This document shows, in pieces, positions 26,198 to 32,000 of a stretch of 32,000 nt of DNA (its first letter is position 1; each line of letters opens with the position of its first letter). Location: contig NZ_CP119787.1 in NCBI RefSeq assembly GCF_029338255.1, forward strand, positions 2,587,631 to 2,619,630, in the 5' to 3' direction. The DNA comes from Haloarcula halobia. Lineage in GTDB: Archaea > Halobacteriota > Halobacteria > Halobacteriales > Haloarculaceae. Below the pieces are notes generated by a model, which did no database searches, had not been told where the DNA came from, and saw only the letters and a list, made by a program, of their open reading frames with translations. The position numbers and the translations under genes are program-made.

Positions 26198-28992
26198 GAT
26201 TGTAGTTCAAATTCTAAGCGGACACCACATAATTCTCCAAGTGACGTCCCGCCGTGGTGGCCGTGGTCGGTTGCCCGTGGTCCCTTAACCGCATACCGTG
26301 ACAGCGTCCCGATCGTTGGCGAATCAAATATTGCCTCGCCCGAAGGTAGATCAACGTCAATACCGGGCTGCTGTTCCAGTCGTGTCATCGTGTCGTTTTC
26401 GACACTACTCGTCCATCCGTACATGTACTTTGACCCAGAGTTTAGATAGGGCTTAACCCGGACTGCCTCCGCGATTGTCTCATCTGAGAGTGTTTCGTCA
26501 TCCGAGATATAGCGACGTGCCTCATCAAATGGAATTGATCGGCCCGAGCCTGCGAGGCCAAGGGGGACACGGGTCGTATTGGATCTGGTTTTCCCCTCTA
26601 ACCGTTCGCAATTCAACTCGAATACCTCGTCCACATCCAAGGCTTCCGTCAGCATGGACGTATTGAACCGGTAGTCGGATCGGACAGAATCGATGATTTG
26701 CTCCCGCTCATACGTGGTGATTTTCCCGTGGTCCGATGCAACAACGAGAGATATGGATTCAGACTCAAATTCAGGTTCTGCATCTTCGTACGCATTCTCG
26801 ATAGCTGATTCAATATCTTCGTAGATCTGATCAATAAATCCCCCCAGCGCCTGGTAGTAGTTAGAGAACTCAGAGAAATCGAGCGCCGTGTGCAGGAAGG
26901 AATCGAAATCGCTGACGTATAATACGAAATCCGACTTCATCGCCTCTCGGGCTTCTGGCGGCCGGGACGGATCAGTGTACACCTCAATGCGTTGCCGAAG
27001 CGCGTTCTCTAGTTCACCAGTCAACTCTTCTCTCACATCACGGAGAGATGCCTGCGACCCGGTCAGATCTCGTGCCGTTGTCTGGCGAATATCCGCTATC
27101 TGCTCGGCAACTCGTGTAATGCCCCGTTCGGAAAGATGGGTGGACTGGATGAGCTCGAAACTGTGGGGGGTTGTCCGGTCGATGAAATCGAATGCATCGG
27201 AGCCATAGTCCTGATGGAGGTCATAGACATTGTCGCCCCGACGCGGCGCCCATCCATAGATTCCCGTCTCGGAGGCAGGAAGTCCAGAGAGAAGTGTTGC
27301 CATCGCAGAGGGTGTATACGAGGGAAGATTCGAATAGAGCACATCGACATCCGCAGGGTCTCTCCCCAAGGCATCCAACTGCTGAATCACCTCGAAGTCT
27401 ATCAGGCCGAAGCTATCAATAACCAGGAAGATGCGGACGTCGCTCTCCGACCCCGGTTCTAACAGATCTGCGATGTGGGGATGCTCGTTCGAGCTGACAA
27501 TTTCTGGATAGGATGAGACAACAAGGTCGGTAAACGCATCGTATTTCCGCACCAGCGTTGTCAGCAAATCCGACTCAGACGGAGCAGTCGGTGTCGATTC
27601 CAAGACGAACTCAGACCACCGACGAAGGAACTCAGGAAGATTCTCCAACGAGACTTCCATCGCCTGGATCTCTGCCGCTTCTTCCTCCAACTCAAGGTGA
27701 TCGAGCAGCCGGCCCCTCGCCTCATTCATCACGGTCAAGTGAGGATAGGCAACGACCTCCTCCGCTTCTAATTCCATTGCCGCCCGCCAATACGGTACAG
27801 CAATATCTATCCACTCCTCACCAGAGAGTTCCTGGTTAACGGCTTCCCCACCAGAGATCATAACAAGCTCTGTAACGTGCTGGAGGAAACGCCCAAATCG
27901 ATCAAGGGCGTCCCGGGTCGGTCGCTCCCCCAGTTCGCCGCTCGCAAGTTGCTCGGCCTCGTCACCAAAGGTATCCTGAGCTGCGGCGAAACGCCGTGAT
28001 ATCTCGTCGTCGTCAGCCCCAGCAAACACGAGCCCAAAGTGGGACGCTAAAAGCTCTCCTGCATCAGAGGGATCAGCGTACCGTAACTCGATGTCATCGC
28101 CGCCGATCTCGTTGACCGCTGCCTGCAGCGTATCGATAAAGTCCCGGTCAACTGTTGTCGGGGCAAGATCCTCGATATTCCGTGAGGATTCCCGAGAAAT
28201 CACGGTTTCCAAAGCTAACCGCCGAAACGTCACAATCACCTCCTCCCCCAGCTGCCGAAGATGCAGTAAGACATCGCGCTTCCCCGTGCCTGTCGGGATA
28301 TCTTCGCCATAATGATCGACACACTGCACGGTGAAGACGTTCCGCTGCTGATTATCTTCCAGCCGATCAAACACCGTCTTCTCCTGGAGGTTCAGAACAC
28401 GCAGAAAGAACTCGGCTAATGGTTCAGGAGCGTCCGAGAGTTCATCGTACTGGATGTAAACATCCTCATAAACGTCTTCCTGCGTTCGCTGCAGTGCTCC
28501 AGTGTCGACCGTTTTCCCGACAGCACCGGCTACCACAAGCCGGGTCAGATACTCAGCCAACGACAAATCGTGTCTATCAAGCGAGGCATCGACTGTAGCC
28601 CCGTAGGCCTCTCGCTGAGCAACGTTCGAATCCTCAATCCCCAACCGCGCGAACTCCAAAAACGATGAGCCGACGACATCGTCTCGTCGATCGATGAAGG
28701 CGGGCGGACAAATAACAACTGCAGAGTTAGCGCCCGGCTCGCGGGCTATGAAATCGATCGCACTGTGTACTGTTTCTTCGAATTCTTGGAAGGTACGGGG
28801 ATAATGAAGACATCGCACGGAATCATCCGCGAGTTCTGTTAAAAACGTCCGGCCCAGCGGAACGGGGTGTGTAGATGGAACGTAGTACAGGATTCCGACC
28901 GTTTCAGTGATCTTTGAGCTGGTTTCGGTGAGGTTGGTAATACCGTCGAATTGGAGAGAGGGTTCAGCAGAATCCTCTAAATCCGTGATCAT
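26194..28992 (-). CDS. PglZ-like / alkaline-phosphatase-superfamily protein, 932 aa
   Basis: VRIFLVIDSFGLIDFEVI, NLPSYTPSAMATLLSGLPASETGIYGW, SDFDSFLHTALD, ISLVVASDHGKITTY, ATDHGHHGGTSLGELCG metal-site motifs. Confidence 0.75.
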   Translation of the reverse strand: MITDLEDSAEPSLQFDGITNLTETSSKITETVGILYYVPSTHPVPLGRTFLTELADDSVRCLHYPRTFQEFEETVHSAIDFIAREPGANSAVVICPPAFIDRRDDVVGSSFLEFARLGIEDSNVAQREAYGATVDASLDRHDLSLAEYLTRLVVAGAVGKTVDTGALQRTQEDVYEDVYIQYDELSDAPEPLAEFFLRVLNLQEKTVFDRLEDNQQRNVFTVQCVDHYGEDIPTGTGKRDVLLHLRQLGEEVIVTFRRLALETVISRESSRNIEDLAPTTVDRDFIDTLQAAVNEIGGDDIELRYADPSDAGELLASHFGLVFAGADDDEISRRFAAAQDTFGDEAEQLASGELGERPTRDALDRFGRFLQHVTELVMISGGEAVNQELSGEEWIDIAVPYWRAAMELEAEEVVAYPHLTVMNEARGRLLDHLELEEEAAEIQAMEVSLENLPEFLRRWSEFVLESTPTAPSESDLLTTLVRKYDAFTDLVVSSYPEIVSSNEHPHIADLLEPGSESDVRIFLVIDSFGLIDFEVIQQLDALGRDPADVDVLYSNLPSYTPSAMATLLSGLPASETGIYGWAPRRGDNVYDLHQDYGSDAFDFIDRTTPHSFELIQSTHLSERGITRVAEQIADIRQTTARDLTGSQASLRDVREELTGELENALRQRIEVYTDPSRPPEAREAMKSDFVLYVSDFDSFLHTALDFSEFSNYYQALGGFIDQIYEDIESAIENAYEDAEPEFESESISLVVASDHGKITTYEREQIIDSVRSDYRFNTSMLTEALDVDEVFELNCERLEGKTRSNTTRVPLGLAGSGRSIPFDEARRYISDDETLSDETIAEAVRVKPYLNSGSKYMYGWTSSVENDTMTRLEQQPGIDVDLPSGEAIFDSPTIGTLSRYAVKGPRATDHGHHGGTSLGELCGVRLEFELQS

Positions 28993-29066
28993 TGTCTAAT
29001 CCACTGACTGCCCGGCACTAAGTGTTTGCCCACCGCCTCTGTCAGGGATTAGACAATCTGTTTCAG

Positions 29067-29812
29067 GGGCACTATCTAGTTCTGAATCTCGGTAGCTGGC
29101 GTTCGTCCATCAGGCGCTTGATTGGGTCGATCCTGGTTGTAGTAGTGTCTGAACCGCCGCAATCACCGACGAGCTCTTGACTGACTGCCCCGCCAAAATG
29201 AATGAATGCGGTCAATTCGCATCGCCACGATCTGAAACCACTTTTTGATGTGGTTCCGCTCTGTGTAGTTGACCTGACCGCTCAACTCGTGGCAAGCAAA
29301 GGCAGTTAGATAGCCACCAATATCGACGAGAAACTCTTTGTCGGCGACATCCTGTTTCTCGGTGAGGCGATGCAGGAACACCGCCGCGGGGTCAGTCCCG
29401 CGGCGGCTGAACACGTCAACTTCGAGCAGCAGTTTCGAGTCCGTGTCGATGGCGGCGTAGAGCCACTGTTCCTCGCCATCTACTTCGATCTATTTCTCAT
29501 CGACTACGACCGTGACGGCGCTGCCATCAGCGGATCACACTGTTTTTTTTCGGTGTCGTTTTCTTCCAGTACTATATCATTTGGTGACAGCGATCGACAC
29601 CCACCCAGTCTAAGACAAATTCGACTTCAAGCAACGATAGCCTCATCGAGTGACTTCGCACCGCGAAACAGCGTACGGATGTCGGCGTGTACTCGTTTGC
29701 CCAAGTATCTTGATTCCCCACGTCTAAGCGTTCTCTGAGGAGGTCTGCGAGTTTCATGGACAGAACTCATTACGACCTCCTCGCTTCTCAATCCCTCAAC
29801 TAGACAGTGCCC
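29067..29812 (-). mobile_element. Degenerate IS6-family (ISH-type) insertion sequence, 746 bp
   Basis: Terminal inverted repeats GGGCACTATCTAGTT (29067-29081) and AACTAGACAGTGCCC (29798-29812), 14/15 matching. Interior encodes transposase fragments. Confidence 0.8.
29163..29757 (-). pseudogene. IS6-family transposase, disrupted
   Basis: N-terminal piece MKLADLLRERLDVGNQDTW...LDWVGVDRCHQMI* and C-terminal piece VFSRRGTDPAAVFLHRLTEKQDVADKEFLVDIGGYLTAFACHELSG...NHIKKWFQIVAMRIDRIHSFWRGSQSRARR* lie in different frames. Confidence 0.85.
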
Positions 29813-29821
29813 TTATGTCTA

Positions 29822-31099
29822 TTATGTAGTATTGCGAAGTGTCCAATAATCGGTGGCGGGTGTTAATCGATCTGTTGAACTCGCAGTCACATCCGAATGC
29901 AGAATGCCACTGTGACGAAGCATCATTTTAAATTGATATACTGTTGTACTCTGGTAGACATCGGCCGTTTTCAGCGCTTCAGGAGATAGAGAATCATCTT
30001 CTGAGAACACTTTTTCCCGAGCACCGCTACCTTGCCGGATGAATAGTTCAACCGTGTATGCGGGGCGCTTGTCGTACATAGACTGTACGAGTTTAGGCAG
30101 TGTTGGACCAGCTGTTGATTCTTCGATATTGGTACTGTCTGGCGTTTCCTTTTCGATGGTATCCACAAGGAATGGAGTTGCAGGATATTGGAACAATAGA
30201 TTTCTCGTAAACTCACCCCACCCTCTATGCTCTTCGATCAAATCTTCCTGTTTTCCTCGGCCACCCCAGTCATCCATTTCTTCAAGGGTATCCCCGACTG
30301 TGCCATGTGTTCTTAATGCAAATCGAATTACTTCTTTGCCCAAAGATGTGACTACTAATTCTCTACTGTGGTCACTTCTAACAAGTCCTAAAAATTTAGC
30401 ACCAGACTTGCCAGATTTGAACCCATGAACGATATTTGACTCAAACAACTCCTCGCTCCCTCTATCGCTTGCAATCACTAATGGAATCCCGAGATATGTC
30501 TTTGGATGATTGTAGTGGAATGATTGATCAGCGATTCGTTGTGCACCGGCTTGCCATCGGACAGCAGACGCGGTGTCATCTGTCGCTACCCCTTTTGGAA
30601 CGGGTGGTTCCCGAACAGCGACATCATTATCTGTTACTGCTAATAGACCAATATCTAATTCCCGGGCCAATTGACGGGTACGTCCAGTAATTGCAGTTGA
30701 GGGAACTGTCGCAATAGAAGCATTACTCTCAGATAGCCGGTCGTACGCCTGCAGAATTGCTTTTTTTACTGGCACTTGCGTACCAGTCCGCTGCTTGGTC
30801 TCTCCCTTCGCTTCTACAGCAATTACCGGAAGTGAATCTTGGGGAATGTCTAGGTGCTCTATGAACGCGGGCGGTGGCCCAGCAAATACCATATCGGGGT
30901 AGCCGGATCCAAGTGAGACATGGTTAAACGGTGAAAGAACATCCCGGATTTCAGGTTCGATTGACCCAACATTCTGCCATTCGTCTTTTCGAAACTGTGT
31001 GTCTACAGTTGCATAGCGAATTGTATCAGCTGTGGATGGAATCGCATCAGAAAGCATGAACTCTTTCGTACGGGCCAGCACTTTCGGTTCAGATAACAT
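29822..31099 (-). CDS. PD-(D/E)XK-like protein, 425 aa, diverged paralog of 6740..7864
   Basis: GSGYPDMVFAGPP...LPVIAVEAKGETKQRTG...KKAILQAYDRLSESNASIATVPS, plus the shared C-terminal MMLRHSGILHSD / W-x-LR pattern. Confidence 0.65.
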   Translation of the reverse strand: MLSEPKVLARTKEFMLSDAIPSTADTIRYATVDTQFRKDEWQNVGSIEPEIRDVLSPFNHVSLGSGYPDMVFAGPPPAFIEHLDIPQDSLPVIAVEAKGETKQRTGTQVPVKKAILQAYDRLSESNASIATVPSTAITGRTRQLARELDIGLLAVTDNDVAVREPPVPKGVATDDTASAVRWQAGAQRIADQSFHYNHPKTYLGIPLVIASDRGSEELFESNIVHGFKSGKSGAKFLGLVRSDHSRELVVTSLGKEVIRFALRTHGTVGDTLEEMDDWGGRGKQEDLIEEHRGWGEFTRNLLFQYPATPFLVDTIEKETPDSTNIEESTAGPTLPKLVQSMYDKRPAYTVELFIRQGSGAREKVFSEDDSLSPEALKTADVYQSTTVYQFKMMLRHSGILHSDVTASSTDRLTPATDYWTLRNTT

Positions 31100-31276
31100 T
31101 ACAGCACCTTTGGGTTGCTAAATGTGACCAAGTGTATTAGACCTACTGTCTATTATGAATATGTATAACTTATTATTTGCAACTAGTCGGCACTGAAGAA
31201 AATATGGATAAATTCTCCCTATCAGTGGTACAAGAGGGTTCTCAAGAACAGAGCCGGCAAATTTCGATTTAAGTAT

Positions 31277-31498
31277 TCAAGAGTTTCGTGACCCCCTCGG
31301 ATCCTCCACTAAGCGCCAGAGAGCTGTTGGTTCGTGAAGGTATTCGATATAATCTGCTGCGTGTAAGCGATCAAGCCTTTTTGTTACTGTCGGACGAGAT
31401 AATCCGGTGAAGTCTACCAGTGAACCAGTAGTTAGATTACCCTTTTCAACGAATTCGTCAATCACCCTCTCAGTGTTCTCATCGATCTTGAGTGGCAT
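31277..31498 (-). CDS. Small winged-helix DNA-binding protein, 73 aa
   Basis: LTTGSLVDFTGLSRPTVTKRLDRLHAADYIEYLHEPTALWRLV is a canonical archaeal wHTH pattern. Confidence 0.7.
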   Translation of the reverse strand: MPLKIDENTERVIDEFVEKGNLTTGSLVDFTGLSRPTVTKRLDRLHAADYIEYLHEPTALWRLVEDPRGSRNS

Positions 31499-31603
31499 TT
31501 GTTGGTATATATTTTTGCATCTCCATTATTCCCACCACATTAGATGTGTATTTACTATTAACCTTTACTATCCGTTAAGCATATAACTAAGGCCGCCATA
31601 GGA

Positions 31604-31697
31604 ATGAGTGAACACCCGGTCCCGTTGGGGTATTTGTACCAAAATACCCGCGTGTTGGATCACGCGGGCCGGGTTCCCACTCCAAAGGTAAGAACCC
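31604..31697 (+). promoter_or_regulatory. Structured leader with two overlapping hairpins upstream of the zinc-ribbon-like gene
   Basis: GGGTATTT (31628-35)/AAATACCC (31642-49) and CCCGCGTG (31647-54)/CACGCGGG (31661-68); TATAA at about 31583. Confidence 0.4.
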
Positions 31698-32000
31698 ATG
31701 CACGACATAGAGTTCGCTGGACAAGAGTCCGATGATCAGCTGATTAAAGATATAAGCCAAATAAAGTTGATTGCGCTCGGGGAAGGGGCCGCGGCTTGCG
31801 AAGCCTGCGGTGAAAAACTGCGGGAAGGCGCTCCGCTCGTTGCGTTCGCCTTCCGGCTGGCCGACCAGCCGACCTTCCAGTTCGGGCACGTGAAGTGCAC
31901 TGAGTGTCGGCACGAGCCAACGGAGTACTTTACGCTCGGCGTGCGCGAACTCGTGCTTGACGGCCGCGTCGGGACCTGTGCTGACCCTGCAACACAGTCG
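31698..32000 (+). CDS. Haloarchaeal zinc-ribbon-like protein, 3' end outside window
   Basis: Open frame MHDIEFAGQESDDQLIKDISQIKLIALGEGAAACEACGEKLREGAPLVAFAFRLADQPTFQFGHVKCTECRHEPTEYFTLG... with CxxC...CxxC; not in the ORF track because it has no stop in the window. Confidence 0.65.
   Translation, partial: MHDIEFAGQESDDQLIKDISQIKLIALGEGAAACEACGEKLREGAPLVAFAFRLADQPTFQFGHVKCTECRHEPTEYFTLGVRELVLDGRVGTCADPATQS

Noticed and set aside
29370-29738. 122-aa plus-strand ORF
   Set aside because: Antisense to the disrupted IS6-type transposase.
29059-29820. 8-bp target-site duplication of the IS remnant
   Set aside because: Flanks TGTTTCAG and TTATGTCT do not match; no duplication can be claimed.
31587-31913. 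108-aa minus-strand ORF
   Set aside because: Overlaps the open plus-strand zinc-ribbon-like CDS, which has CxxC pairs and stays open to the window edge.
1-32000. CRISPR arrays, tRNA or rRNA genes
   Set aside because: I saw no regularly spaced direct repeats, cloverleaf or conserved rRNA segments.

Overview
Haloarchaeal accessory or defence-island DNA, judged by acidic proteins, leaderless-type starts and an IS6-like ISH remnant. The centre (about 6.7-29.0 kb) looks like a 7-deazaguanine DNA-modification/restriction island. It has a preQ0 cassette (queC-queE-queD, minus strand) divergent from a plus-strand operon. That operon encodes two tRNA-guanine-transglycosylase/DpdA-like proteins with intact catalytic-Asp and Zn motifs, the first fused to an ArcS-like (DUF5591-type) domain. 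It also encodes a DUF6884/YaaA-like protein and a GHKL ATPase. A convergent minus-strand operon encodes a PglZ/alkaline-phosphatase-superfamily protein, a winged-helix-like protein, a 104-aa orphan, a 1280-aa BrxC/PglY/DpdH-like P-loop ATPase and a HerA-like ATPase. On the other side of the preQ0 cassette lie a 1529-aa Cas4-like nuclease + Dna2/Upf1-like SF1 helicase and a PD-(D/E)XK-like protein. The combination suggests a BREX-like architecture in which PglX methylation is replaced by 7-deazaguanine insertion; this is a hypothesis. The left arm (0.3-6.5 kb) encodes two further PD-(D/E)XK-like proteins, an EVE/PUA-like protein, a membrane gene apparently split by a frameshift, a Rad50/SMC-like ATPase with an unusual double-CxxC ribbon, and a small wHTH-like protein. 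The right arm holds an IS6-type pseudo-insertion element, a diverged paralog of the 6.7-kb nuclease-like gene, and a small wHTH gene. No tRNA, rRNA or CRISPR array was recognised. All family calls are made by eye from motifs; no database search was run.
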